Source: Euryarchaeota archaeon UBA89 | GTDB lineage: Archaea > Thermoplasmatota > Poseidoniia > Poseidoniales > Thalassarchaeaceae | DNA: 64,000 nucleotides | NCBI GenBank assembly: GCA_002495525.1 | Contig: DAFS01000033.1 | Span: 12,509-76,508 of the forward strand | Direction: 5' to 3' | Part shown: positions 40,221-51,479 of the stretch, one piece after another | Position numbering within the stretch: the stretch's first letter is position 1 | How the letters are laid out: each line of letters starts with the position of its first letter | Program-made: the position numbers and the translations under genes | Notes under the pieces: model-generated | The model's database searches: none | What the model was told of the DNA's origin: nothing | Seen by the model: the letters and a program-made list of their open reading frames with translations, nothing else

Positions 40221-41321
40221 ATGGTCTTTGAACTTCGTGGGGGTTGGGGAGTGAAAGTGAACGAGACAATAGAGGCTATGCGAGACCAGTGGAAGTCGAT
40301 GACTAGTATGGCTGGAATGTTTTTGACAACCATCTTTTTAGGTATTACAATTCAACCTGTATGGGATATTCCTGAAGCCAGAGCTTTCGGAGAGGAGGGC
40401 ACTACACAAAGTGGATATATTTTACTAGAATTGGGATTGATAGGCGTTTTCACTTTCATAATAATCTGGCTTGCAAGGAAAAATATGGATATGTTAATTA
40501 AAGGATTTATCATGTTCTCACTTTATTTTTCTTTGTACTATGTAGTTGCCCCATATATTGCATTAATCATGGAAATAACCTTGGGAACTCAAGAAAATGT
40601 AATTGCAATAGCACTTTTATTGAATTTATTATTAATGGTGACTTTATGGAAATTTCCTGAATGGTACATTGTGAATCTAGTAGGAATTTTGGTAGGATCA
40701 GGTGTAATAACAATGATCGGGATAAGTTTCGTACCTACTCTGATTATCATATTCATGATTTGTGCTGCAATATATGATCATTGGGCAGTAAATGGGAGTA
40801 AACATATGCTGGAACTAGCAGATACAATGATAGATTTGAAATTACCAATATTATTAGTAGCGCCAAAAGAAAAGGGATACTCTTTCTTAGATGAACAGGA
40901 AGGAGTAATGGAGGAGAAAATAAAGAGACCTTCGCAAAAAGATTGGGATAACCCTGATATTGGACATATTAAAGTCGAAAAAAAGGGTAGAGACGCTTTA
41001 TTCATGGGTCTAGGTGACGTGATTTTTCCAGGCATGTTAGTTATTTCAACTATCACATTCTTACCTGAAACAGGGGCAGTCATAGGTTCTTTACCTCTAA
41101 CATCATTCTTTGGATGGATTCATCTAGACCCGTTAGCGGTTGGATTGGGTACTTTATCGGGGGGATTGATTGGTTACTTTGGATTGATGACACAGGTAGC
41201 AAAAGGAAAACCACAAGCAGGGTTACCTTTGCTTAATGGAGGAGCAATATTAGGTTATTTTATTACAGGATTAATTGTATATGGTCCATCTGATTTAATT
41301 CAACAAATTAGCCTCTTCTGA
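40221..41321 (+). CDS. Presenilin / signal-peptide-peptidase-like GxGD intramembrane aspartyl protease
   Basis: IYDHWAV..SKHM (YD), MGLGDVIFPG, QAGLPLLN (PAL-like), about 9 TM helices. Confidence 0.92.
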   Translation: MVFELRGGWGVKVNETIEAMRDQWKSMTSMAGMFLTTIFLGITIQPVWDIPEARAFGEEGTTQSGYILLELGLIGVFTFIIIWLARKNMDMLIKGFIMFSLYFSLYYVVAPYIALIMEITLGTQENVIAIALLLNLLLMVTLWKFPEWYIVNLVGILVGSGVITMIGISFVPTLIIIFMICAAIYDHWAVNGSKHMLELADTMIDLKLPILLVAPKEKGYSFLDEQEGVMEEKIKRPSQKDWDNPDIGHIKVEKKGRDALFMGLGDVIFPGMLVISTITFLPETGAVIGSLPLTSFFGWIHLDPLAVGLGTLSGGLIGYFGLMTQVAKGKPQAGLPLLNGGAILGYFITGLIVYGPSDLIQQISLF

Positions 41322-41375
41322 ACCTAAAAGCCCGATTCATTGAAAGAAGATTGGGCACTCCTAGAGTTGATAGTT

Positions 41376-42656
41376 ATGCTAGATATGAGTATGTTTCGTG
41401 AAAAATCAGAGATTTTACGAAAAGATCATGATAAAAGAAAAATTCCTCATGACAACATTGACCAGGTGATTAGACTCGATAATGAATGGAAACAAGCTAG
41501 ATTTGATGTTGATCAACTTAGAAAATCGAGAAATGAGGCGGCAAGAAGCATAGCAGCTGCAAAAAAATCTGGAGATTCGGATGCTGTAAACAAAATAATG
41601 AATGAAGTATCAAGTATCGGAAATAGAATTGAAGAATTATCAAAAATGGCGGATGATTTTCTACAGAATAGAGACTCAATAAGGATGAGAGTACCAAATA
41701 TCCTTCATGAAAGTGTTCCTGAAGGAGAAGATGATCAAAAGAATACGTTACACAGTTTACATGGAGAAAAAATTAACTTAGAATTCGATGCAAAAAATCA
41801 TAATGAAATTATTGAAAAGAATGGCTGGGTGGACTTGGCGAGAGCAGCAAAGATAACTGGAAGTAGATTCTATTTCATGCAGGGAGATTTGGCAAGATTA
41901 GAAATGGCTCTACAAAGTTATACTACAAACTTCCTAATTAAGAAAAATTATACTCTTGTTCAACCGCCTTTAATGATGAATAAAGAAGCTTATGAAGGAG
42001 TTACAGATCTTGGAGATTTCGAAACTGTAATGTATGGAATCGAACCCGATAAATTCTATCTCATAGCTACAAGTGAACACCCACTAACTGCTATGAGAAT
42101 GGACGAAATAATCGAACCTTCTGAACTCCCAATAAAGCTTGTTGGAGTCTCACAATGTTTCCGTAGAGAAGTTGGAGCACATGGACTTTCAGACAGAGGA
42201 ATATGGAGAGTACATCAGTTTACTAAAATAGAACAAATAATAATTTGTAACCCCGAAGACTCGTGGTCACATCATGAAGATTTATTGAATAATGCAACTG
42301 AATTATGGGATAGTCTGGGTTTACACTATCGTGTAGTGAATATTTGTACAGGAGATATGGGGACAGTAGCCTCAAAGAAATATGACCTTGAAGCATGGCT
42401 TCCAGGTGTTGGAGAATACAAAGAAGTAGTTTCTTGTTCAAATTGTACAGACTATCAAGCAAATCGACTTCGTATGAGATACAGAACATCGGAAGGAAAC
42501 TCTGCCGTACATACATTAAATTCTACTGCTGTTGCCACTACTAGGGCGTTGGTAGCAATTCTAGAACAATATCAAACAGAAAATGGCTTAATTATGATAC
42601 CAGAAGTTCTGAGACCATATATGAATAATCAGGAATTCTTAACTCCCTTGAACTGA
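41376..42656 (+). CDS. serS: Serine--tRNA ligase
   Basis: MLD start, coiled-coil arm, LIATSEHP, CFRREVG, RVHQFTKIEQ, EVVSCSNCTDYQ, HTLNST. Confidence 0.99.
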   Translation: MLDMSMFREKSEILRKDHDKRKIPHDNIDQVIRLDNEWKQARFDVDQLRKSRNEAARSIAAAKKSGDSDAVNKIMNEVSSIGNRIEELSKMADDFLQNRDSIRMRVPNILHESVPEGEDDQKNTLHSLHGEKINLEFDAKNHNEIIEKNGWVDLARAAKITGSRFYFMQGDLARLEMALQSYTTNFLIKKNYTLVQPPLMMNKEAYEGVTDLGDFETVMYGIEPDKFYLIATSEHPLTAMRMDEIIEPSELPIKLVGVSQCFRREVGAHGLSDRGIWRVHQFTKIEQIIICNPEDSWSHHEDLLNNATELWDSLGLHYRVVNICTGDMGTVASKKYDLEAWLPGVGEYKEVVSCSNCTDYQANRLRMRYRTSEGNSAVHTLNSTAVATTRALVAILEQYQTENGLIMIPEVLRPYMNNQEFLTPLN

Positions 42657-43232
42657 TTTGTTTTCTGTAATCTTAATTGATTGACGTATCAATAAAGCAA
42701 CTAATATAACCGCAAAAATTGCAGCAATTAGGGGTGCTATTAATGCTGCAATTGTAAGAATAATACTCGCTATGTTCTCACCCGAAGCAACAAATGAGTT
42801 ACCAAAACCCAGAGTTAGAGTAGATGATAAGCCACGAATCGCGACTGTAGTAACTTGAATAATTCCTGCCGAACCACCGCCAGCAATAATTGCAAAAGAC
42901 CACTGAATTATCGGATCACTACCTACCAAAGCCATTGAAGTCATGCTAACTCCTGAAACTACGGCCGCTGGAGTAGCGATAGTATCCAGTAAATTATCCA
43001 ACCAAGGGACATAATATGCTCCAAATTCTGCTAAGCATGCAATTCCAAGAACTATAACTGCTGCATTACTATCAAATGCGGCAAACTCAGTTCCAGATAA
43101 ATCAAAATTAACAAAAGTATCAGTCCTAACTGCTAATGATAAAATAAATGGTGGCAAGAAAACTCTGAAACCTGAGGCAGATGCAAGGCTGAGGCCCATC
43201 AAAGCGGCAAGTATTGTCGTCTCTATTCCCAT
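42639..43232 (-). CDS. DUF4126 family membrane protein
   Basis: GLSLASASGFRVFLP, E..AYYVPWLDNLLD, R..S...T.G.GN..VA.GE. Confidence 0.85.
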   Translation of the reverse strand: MGIETTILAALMGLSLASASGFRVFLPPFILSLAVRTDTFVNFDLSGTEFAAFDSNAAVIVLGIACLAEFGAYYVPWLDNLLDTIATPAAVVSGVSMTSMALVGSDPIIQWSFAIIAGGGSAGIIQVTTVAIRGLSSTLTLGFGNSFVASGENIASIILTIAALIAPLIAAIFAVILVALLIRQSIKITENKSVQGS

Positions 43233-43307
43233 GATAATCCCATGACATTAGGTGTAATTAATCCACTCCCTGCATGATTAATTGAAAAAAGATGGGGTAA
43301 TACTATT

Positions 43308-43808
43308 CTAATCACCAATTTCAACTAAATTTGCACCCATATCGACTCTATCTCCTTTCTGAAAGTAGACTGAAGTAACTTCACCGGCTCTTGGTGCTTG
43401 AATTCTATGCTCCATCTTCATGGCTTCCATTACCAATAACGTCTGCCCTTCTCTTACTCTCTGACCCTTCTTCACCATTACATCAAGAATTGTTCCAGGC
43501 ATTGGTGCACTCAGACTACCCTCTGATATTGACGAGTCTTGACTTCCAGGTTCATACATATTAATTACATAAATACGGCCTTGGAAATGTATCCACCATT
43601 CATCATCACATCGAGAAACATGAGCAAAACTTCTTACTCCATCCAACTCTACAATAATTCTACCAGATTGTTGATCTTTACTTAATGAGATTTCGTCAAA
43701 GTTAATTTCTTCATCTTCAAAAATTAATTTTGAAAGAAATAGTGTCTCCTCTTTTTCAGAGAAATTTACTTTGTATCTAGAACCAGAATTACCTACACTC
43801 CATTCCAT
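43308..43808 (-). CDS. Biotin carboxyl carrier protein (BT plus BCCP domains)
   Basis: APMPG, EAMKME biotinylation motif. Confidence 0.95.
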   Translation of the reverse strand: MEWSVGNSGSRYKVNFSEKEETLFLSKLIFEDEEINFDEISLSKDQQSGRIIVELDGVRSFAHVSRCDDEWWIHFQGRIYVINMYEPGSQDSSISEGSLSAPMPGTILDVMVKKGQRVREGQTLLVMEAMKMEHRIQAPRAGEVTSVYFQKGDRVDMGANLVEIGD

Positions 43809-43816
43809 AATATCAC

Positions 43817-45382
43817 CTAAGGGTAAGACCTCGTCAACGTTTTGAATGGATCACCAGAATGTCCACTATACTCATCTAAGATTTCTGAAGTTGAAGATAA
43901 TTGATTACGATCTAAACCAAAACGACTTGCTCCTGCAGCAATTGATACTAATATTGAATCACTAATTCCTGGTTGTTCAAACTCTTCTAAAGATATATTG
44001 TCGAGATAATCAGTTGTTACAAGACCATTGGAAAATACTTCACTCTTGGATACCTCTCGTAAGAATCCAACATTAGTAGTCACACCTAAAACAACAAATT
44101 CAGATAATGCATTATCCAGTTTTCTCAATGCTGCTTCTCGAGTTGGTGCATGGACAATTAATTTGGCTAGCATTGGGTCGAAGTCAATAGTAATCTCATC
44201 TCCCTCTCTAAATCCTGAGTCCATTCTAACCCCCGGTGTTGAAGGTGGCCTCCACATTGAAAGTGTACCAATAGCAGGAAGAAAACCTTTAGTTACATCT
44301 TCAGCATAAATTCTAGCTTCAATTGAGTGCCCTGTAATTCCTACGTCATCTTGAGAAATATTCAATGGAATACCTGCGGCAATTTCAAATTGCTTCTGAA
44401 CTAAATCAATTCCTGTAATTAGTTCGGTAACTGGATGTTCAACTTGAAGACGAGTATTCATTTCAAGGAAGAAAAATTCACCTCTCGAGGTGAGAAGAAA
44501 TTCAACTGTTCCTGCTCCTTCATAATTTACAGATTCAGCAGCTCTTATTGCAGCTTGGCCCATATTCTTACGAATCTCAGGTGTAACCGCTGGCGATGGG
44601 GCTTCTTCGATTACTTTCTGATGTCTTCTTTGTAGAGAGCAGTCTCTTTCATTCAAATGAATTGAATTACCATATTGGTCACAAAGTACTTGAATTTCTA
44701 CATGCCTAGAGCCAGTTAGTAGCCTTTCAACGTAAACTGTACCATCTCCGAAAGCTGCTGAAGCTTCTCTTGCTGCTGCTTCATATTCGGTTCTGAGCAT
44801 CTTAGGTTCGTACACCGCTCTCATTCCCTTACCACCACCACCTGCACTGGCCTTTACCAATAATGGATATCCTACTCTAGCAGCAGATGTTGCTAAAACA
44901 CCAAGAGGATTTGAACCTGATTCGATTGCTAATTCTTCACCAGGAATAATTGGAACGCCGGATTCTATCATTCGTCTTCGAGCAGAAATTTTGTCACCCA
45001 TGGTTTCTATTGCTTCTGATGAAGGACCTATCCAAATTAATCCGGAATCCTTCACTAATTTAGCAAAATTCGCCCTTTCAGATAAGAAGCCATAACCCGG
45101 ATGTATGGCTTGAGCCCCGGATTCTTTTGCAGCAGAGATTATTAATTCCATATTCAGATATGTTTCAGAGAGATTTTTACCAGGTAAATGAACTGATTCG
45201 TTGGCTACTTCTACATGTAATGAATTCTTATCAGGATCAGAATAAATAGCAATTCCTTTGAGACCTGATTCCCTAGCTGCTTTCAGTATTCTAACCGCAA
45301 TTTCACCTCGATTAGCTACCAAAACTGAGCTAAATGGTTTTGGAGCATTTATCATCCAGTCAGGAAACATTTCTAACACCAT
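43817..45382 (-). CDS. Biotin carboxylase (methylcrotonyl-CoA carboxylase alpha, BC part)
   Basis: ANRGEIA, HPGYGFLSE, GGGGKGMR, RDCSLQRRHQK, EMNTRLQVEHPVTE. Confidence 0.95.
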   Translation of the reverse strand: MVLEMFPDWMINAPKPFSSVLVANRGEIAVRILKAARESGLKGIAIYSDPDKNSLHVEVANESVHLPGKNLSETYLNMELIISAAKESGAQAIHPGYGFLSERANFAKLVKDSGLIWIGPSSEAIETMGDKISARRRMIESGVPIIPGEELAIESGSNPLGVLATSAARVGYPLLVKASAGGGGKGMRAVYEPKMLRTEYEAAAREASAAFGDGTVYVERLLTGSRHVEIQVLCDQYGNSIHLNERDCSLQRRHQKVIEEAPSPAVTPEIRKNMGQAAIRAAESVNYEGAGTVEFLLTSRGEFFFLEMNTRLQVEHPVTELITGIDLVQKQFEIAAGIPLNISQDDVGITGHSIEARIYAEDVTKGFLPAIGTLSMWRPPSTPGVRMDSGFREGDEITIDFDPMLAKLIVHAPTREAALRKLDNALSEFVVLGVTTNVGFLREVSKSEVFSNGLVTTDYLDNISLEEFEQPGISDSILVSIAAGASRFGLDRNQLSSTSEILDEYSGHSGDPFKTLTRSYP

Positions 45383-45383
45383 T

Positions 45384-46253
45384 TTATTCAGATGACCAAT
45401 TTGGTTTACGACGCTCTAAGAAAGAAGATAGCCCTTCTTGACCTTCTTCTGAACCACGCATTTGACTAGTTTTATCCAAAGTCCAATTACGAAGATCTTC
45501 ATCACTTCCATCCCATCTATCGAAAACTAGAGTTAAATTCTTGGCTTCCGTAACTGCCATGGGACCAGTGGTAAGAACTTCTTGAGCAATGATCTTTGAC
45601 CTCTCACCAAAATAACTAGATGATTCCACAACAAAATCAATTAATCCTATTCTCATAGCCTCGCTGGAATCTATTTTACTAGCCATCATTGATAATCTAC
45701 GAAAGTTAGAGCTACCTATTTTACGATAAACATAGGGTCCAATTACTGCTGGTAATATACCTAATTTCGCCTCAGAAAGAGCAATTCTTGTTCCGGGTTC
45801 AGCAATCACATAATCAAAGCAAGAGACTAGCCCCGCACCTCCGCCCAGTGCTACACCTTGTATACAACCAATAGTGAAACATGGATGAGCCCAAAGTCCG
45901 TGAAACAAATTATCTAGTCTTTCGGAATCTACACGATTCTCTTCAACAGAGCGCGCTCCTGCATCTCTCATCATATTGATATCTGCGCCTGCACAGAAGT
46001 GCTTACCTTCACCAGTGAAAATAATAACTCTGAGATATTTCTCACCCTCTGAATCTTCCAGAGAAGAATTTCTTGAAACACTTCGATCGGATGTCCACTT
46101 AATTATAGAAATTAACTCACTAATTAATTCAGTATTAAGAGCATTATATACATCACTTCTGTCTAGATTAATTCTAGCAATATTTCCATTTATTGTAAGT
46201 TCACATAGTTTGTTTTTTGGAAGTAAATCACTCATTTTCATTTTAGTCACCAT
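45384..46253 (-). CDS. liuC: Enoyl-CoA hydratase family, probable methylglutaconyl-CoA hydratase
   Basis: FCAGADI, ALGGGAGL, SEAKLGILPAVIGPYV, EGQEGLSSFLERRKP; lies within the MCC cluster. Confidence 0.8.
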   Translation of the reverse strand: MVTKMKMSDLLPKNKLCELTINGNIARINLDRSDVYNALNTELISELISIIKWTSDRSVSRNSSLEDSEGEKYLRVIIFTGEGKHFCAGADINMMRDAGARSVEENRVDSERLDNLFHGLWAHPCFTIGCIQGVALGGGAGLVSCFDYVIAEPGTRIALSEAKLGILPAVIGPYVYRKIGSSNFRRLSMMASKIDSSEAMRIGLIDFVVESSSYFGERSKIIAQEVLTTGPMAVTEAKNLTLVFDRWDGSDEDLRNWTLDKTSQMRGSEEGQEGLSSFLERRKPNWSSE

Positions 46254-47863
46254 TACATCCTGAATACGCCATAATTTTGATCAGGCATGGGGGCATTAAG
46301 ACTGGCTGAGATACATAATCCTAGAATATCTCTAGTATCACGTGGATCTATTATTCCATCATCCCACAATCTAGCTGTAGAATAGTAAGGAGAACCTTCA
46401 GTTTCATATTTTTCTAAAATTGGTCTCCTTAGATTTTCCAGTTCATAATCACTCATTTGTGGAAGATTCTCCCTAGACATTTGATCTTGTTTTACTGTAG
46501 CCAAAACATCTGCAGCCTGTGGACCACCCATTACAGAAATTCGAGAGTTAGGCCACATGAAAACAAATCTAGGGTCATATGCTCTTCCACACATACCATA
46601 ATTTCCTGCTCCATGAGAACCCCCAATAATAACTGTAAATTTTGGTACAGGGACGCAAGACACTGCAGTAACTAACTTAGCGCCGTCCTTGGCAATGCCT
46701 CCCGATTCTGCATCTCTACCAACCATAAATCCAGTTATGTTCTGTAAAAATACCAAAGGTATCCCACGTTGCCCGCATAACTCTACGAAGTGAGCACCTT
46801 TCAAAGAAGATTCAGAGAATAAAATCCCATTATTCGCGACTATTCCAACTGGATAACCATGTATTCTAGCGAAACCACAAACCAGTGTATTACCGTATCT
46901 CTGTTTGAATTCATGGAAACGGCTACCGTCCACAATTCGAGATATTACTTCTCTCACATCATATGGCGTTCGATTATCATCGGGAATTATCCCCATTAAT
47001 TCCTCAACATCATATTTAGGTTCTTCAACAACTTCAACATCTAATCTTTGTTTTGGTTTCACATTGAGGTTTTCAATAACATTACGGACCATTCTAAGTG
47101 CTTCAGGTTCATCTTCAGCATAGTGATCTGCAACGCCAGACTCACGTGTGTGTAAATCTGCACCACCGAGATCTTCTGCGGTCACTTCTTCACCTGTTGC
47201 GGACTTAACTAATGGAGGACCTGCTAGAAATATCGTACCATTACCTTTGACGATTATCGATTCATCAGACATTGCTGGGATATAGGCTCCACCTGCAGTA
47301 CAACTACCCAATACAGCTGCAACTTGGGAAACTCCCTTACTCGAAAGAATCGCCTGGTTCCTAAATATTCTTCCAAAATGTCCTTTATCCGGAAAAACTT
47401 CATCTTGCATAGGTAAAAAAGCACCGCCACTATCTACAAGATAAATACAAGTTAGATTATTCTCGTCAGCAATTTCTTGGGCCCTAATATGCTTTTTAAC
47501 AGTCATAGGATAATATGAACCACCCTTGACAGTTGCATCATTTGCTACAAATAAACACTCTTTCCCATGAACAACTCCTATTCCAGTTATTATTCCAGCC
47601 GAATGTGCTCGAGAATCATAAAGTCCATTGGCGGCTAAAGATGATAATTCAAGAAAAGGGGTTCCCGGATCACAAATTTCGTTTATCCTTTCTCTAGCAA
47701 GTAATTTTCCTCGACTGCGATGACGGTCGACATATTTTTCACCTCCACCTTCTTTAACAACGTTGATTTTTTGTTTTAATTCATCAACAAGTTGGATATT
47801 GAAATCCCTTCGACGATTGAAATCTTCACTATTCCGGTCGATACGAGTTGGTAGCCTATCCAT
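46253..47863 (-). CDS. liuB: Methylcrotonyl-CoA carboxylase beta (carboxyltransferase)
   Basis: [71 protein letters not shown] 47863 preferred. Confidence 0.93.
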   Translation of the reverse strand: MDRLPTRIDRNSEDFNRRRDFNIQLVDELKQKINVVKEGGGEKYVDRHRSRGKLLARERINEICDPGTPFLELSSLAANGLYDSRAHSAGIITGIGVVHGKECLFVANDATVKGGSYYPMTVKKHIRAQEIADENNLTCIYLVDSGGAFLPMQDEVFPDKGHFGRIFRNQAILSSKGVSQVAAVLGSCTAGGAYIPAMSDESIIVKGNGTIFLAGPPLVKSATGEEVTAEDLGGADLHTRESGVADHYAEDEPEALRMVRNVIENLNVKPKQRLDVEVVEEPKYDVEELMGIIPDDNRTPYDVREVISRIVDGSRFHEFKQRYGNTLVCGFARIHGYPVGIVANNGILFSESSLKGAHFVELCGQRGIPLVFLQNITGFMVGRDAESGGIAKDGAKLVTAVSCVPVPKFTVIIGGSHGAGNYGMCGRAYDPRFVFMWPNSRISVMGGPQAADVLATVKQDQMSRENLPQMSDYELENLRRPILEKYETEGSPYYSTARLWDDGIIDPRDTRDILGLCISASLNAPMPDQNYGVFRM

Positions 47864-47931
47864 ATCTCTCAACTCTCCAGAAGGCATTCGAACTTTCAAT
47901 TGAATGGGTAGGAAATCATGATTTGGCCTAA

Positions 47932-49230
<1,299 letters not shown>

Positions 49231-49259
49231 TTAGGTATAACGCATTTGGGATTAGAAAA

Positions 49260-49991
49260 TTATTCTTCTTCATAAACTATCTTTTCATCATCTGCTAATT
49301 CCATCATTTCTGTTATTTCCTCTTGATCTAAAGTATTAATCTGAGAATTTGTAAACTTCCTTTCTCTTCGACGGCGCGCATCAGCTAGACTAGGAACTAA
49401 CGCTTCAAATGTTGAAGTATCTTCAACAACTTTCTCTTCGTATGTTTCAAGACTGTAAGAGCGAATCCTTTGTCTCTTCCTATCTTGCTCCAAGCCGAAA
49501 AGTACTGTTCCATGTTCAGAACCTTGTAGAATACCTTCTATTGCAGGAGTTGCTAATGCCAAGGATTCTTGATCACCAATTACCAAAACTGTTGAGCCAT
49601 AAATTGCCATTTCTGTACCAGTTAATTCTTCAATTAAACTTCTAATACGTCCATTAGTGCCAATTAATCTACTCCTCATTCTTCTAGTTTGATTTGGTTG
49701 TCTACCTACCCACTCTCTAATGTCATACATCCTCAAAAAGACATCATCTTCCAAAAGTTGGATTGCTCTTTTAGGGGCAAGACCTCTTCCAATAGCGAAT
49801 ATAACGTCAGGAAGTTTCATTTTTATTACTGGATCAGAACCTTCATCTGGCCAAACAACACTAACATCACCTGAATTTGATTCAATATGCAATGATGCTT
49901 TACATGCTTCCTCTATCATCTTCCTTGTGGAACCACGTTTACCAATAAGCACAGCAATACGATTTTTAGGAATCCGTGCTAAATGCTCCAT
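49260..49991 (-). CDS. KH-domain rRNA-processing protein (Pno1/Dim2)
   Basis: RIAVLIGKRG, AIGRG, RLIGTNG, G.EHG.V; conserved aIF-1A-rio1-KH order. Confidence 0.93.
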   Translation of the reverse strand: MEHLARIPKNRIAVLIGKRGSTRKMIEEACKASLHIESNSGDVSVVWPDEGSDPVIKMKLPDVIFAIGRGLAPKRAIQLLEDDVFLRMYDIREWVGRQPNQTRRMRSRLIGTNGRIRSLIEELTGTEMAIYGSTVLVIGDQESLALATPAIEGILQGSEHGTVLFGLEQDRKRQRIRSYSLETYEEKVVEDTSTFEALVPSLADARRRRERKFTNSQINTLDQEEITEMMELADDEKIVYEEE

Positions 49992-50012
49992 ATGTTCAGG
50001 GGAGTGGTCATT

Positions 50013-50038
50013 CTGTTTTAACTTCCTGTTTTAACTTC
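50013..50038. repeat. Perfect 13-bp tandem duplication (CTGTTTTAACTTC)x2
   Basis: Copies at 50013-50025 and 50026-50038; the second contains the rio1 stop codon. Confidence 0.9.
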
Positions 50039-50915
50039 CATCAGAGAGAGGAGGTAATGTTGGAACAGGGTCTTCTAATACTCGAAGTAAACTTTCACCA
50101 ATATCTGCATTATATCCTTGACGGTTAATCCACTGGACTAATCTAGTCACATCTCTAACAAGAAATTCTTCTGAGTGTGGATGTTGCTTAGTGACACTTT
50201 GTCCAACATCAATCACCCATGGTTCACCATCTTTCCATAAAATGTTATATTCTGAAAAATCAGCATGTACAAGTTCGGCCGTTTGCCAATTAATTGCAAC
50301 GAATTCTAGTAAATCTTCGAATACCTCATACGGCTCATCAATAATTACATCTTTTAATCGAGGACTAACGCCTTCACCCTCACCTAAATATTCCATAATA
50401 AGAACGTTTTTCAAATTAGATAGGGGCTTAGGGACTCTTAAGCCATACTTCCTCATTCTTTTTAAATTTCTAAATTCTTTTCTTACCCAGATATTCACTA
50501 ACTCTCTGTGTCTACGCGAAAGACCTCCAAATCTTGGGTCTCCATCGATATATTTCGCTAAACCTTTGAAAACAGCATTTGTTGTATGAAATATTTTCAC
50601 AGCCACAGGTCCGTGATTAGAAGTTCCATGGAAAACATGGGCTTCCTTACCTCTTGCAATAGGGTAGTCAAGTGTTTCAATTTCTCCTTTCTGCATTAAC
50701 TTGTGTAATGACATTAATGTAGATTTATCAAAAACTGCATCGAAAACTCTTCTATCTACCCAGTCATAAGTCCCTTTCCCTAAGACTCCCTGGAGACCAT
50801 CCTCAATCTCAGAAAACATTTTTTCAAATCTAGGTTCAGATAACCATTCATGTTTTTTCTCACCTCGCATTAAGGAGTCGAGGTCGGGTAAATCCCAATC
50901 CTCCGAATCCGACAT
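50031..50915 (-). CDS. rio1: RIO1 serine/threonine kinase
   Basis: GKEAHVF, AVKIF, YIDGDPRF, KEFRNL, LVHADFSEYNIL, IDVGQSV. Confidence 0.96.
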   Translation of the reverse strand: MSDSEDWDLPDLDSLMRGEKKHEWLSEPRFEKMFSEIEDGLQGVLGKGTYDWVDRRVFDAVFDKSTLMSLHKLMQKGEIETLDYPIARGKEAHVFHGTSNHGPVAVKIFHTTNAVFKGLAKYIDGDPRFGGLSRRHRELVNIWVRKEFRNLKRMRKYGLRVPKPLSNLKNVLIMEYLGEGEGVSPRLKDVIIDEPYEVFEDLLEFVAINWQTAELVHADFSEYNILWKDGEPWVIDVGQSVTKQHPHSEEFLVRDVTRLVQWINRQGYNADIGESLLRVLEDPVPTLPPLSDGS

Positions 50916-50919
50916 AATT

Positions 50920-51435
50920 TCACCCAAAGAAAGAATCTATATCATCATCAACAGATGATTTTTCTTTAACGACTGGTTCTTCAATCTCTAATTCTGATAC
51001 ATCATCTTCTACAACTTCATCTTCTATAGATTCTAATGCTTCAGTTTCTTGAGTTGATTCTGAAATATCTTCTGACATTCCAAATAAATCTACAATATCT
51101 GGAAGTACTCCTTTTCGAGACAGATATAATGACTGTGTTTTTGTATATCTCATTACTACATTGGCCTTTTCGTCCTGAAAATCCCATGGTTGAACAACAA
51201 TCAAATCACCTTCTCTAACCCATTGCCTACGTCGCATTTTTCCAGGTATCCTAGCAAGACGACTCTCGCCATCTTCACAGACAGCCCTTACCCTTCTACC
51301 ACCTAAAATCTGATCTGCAATAGCGAACATTTCGTTGACTTTACGATTGGGGAGAGGAACTCTAATTTTGTCACCGCTACCAGATTCTAACCTTGCTAAA
51401 AGCTCAGCGTCAACCTTCTCCTCTCTACGAGCCAT
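50920..51435 (-). CDS. eif1a: Translation initiation factor aIF-1A with an extended acidic C-terminus
   Basis: LGG.RV...CEDG..RLARIPGKMRRR.WVREGDLIVV.PWDFQDEKA....RY. Confidence 0.95.
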   Translation of the reverse strand: MARREEKVDAELLARLESGSGDKIRVPLPNRKVNEMFAIADQILGGRRVRAVCEDGESRLARIPGKMRRRQWVREGDLIVVQPWDFQDEKANVVMRYTKTQSLYLSRKGVLPDIVDLFGMSEDISESTQETEALESIEDEVVEDDVSELEIEEPVVKEKSSVDDDIDSFFG

Positions 51436-51479
51436 GACTATCCGTCTAGCGTCACCTATGTGAAGTTGAGCCTTGGCAC

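Noticed and set aside
43256-43283. Inverted repeat AATTAATC-N12-GATTAATT
   Set aside because: Only 8 bp and nearly all A/T; expected by chance at this composition.
43308-45382. Biotin carboxylase and BCCP as separate genes, a possible frameshifted MCC alpha
   Set aside because: The BCCP gene has its own AGGTGA SD and ATG, and split BC/BCCP is common in archaea; not a pseudogene.
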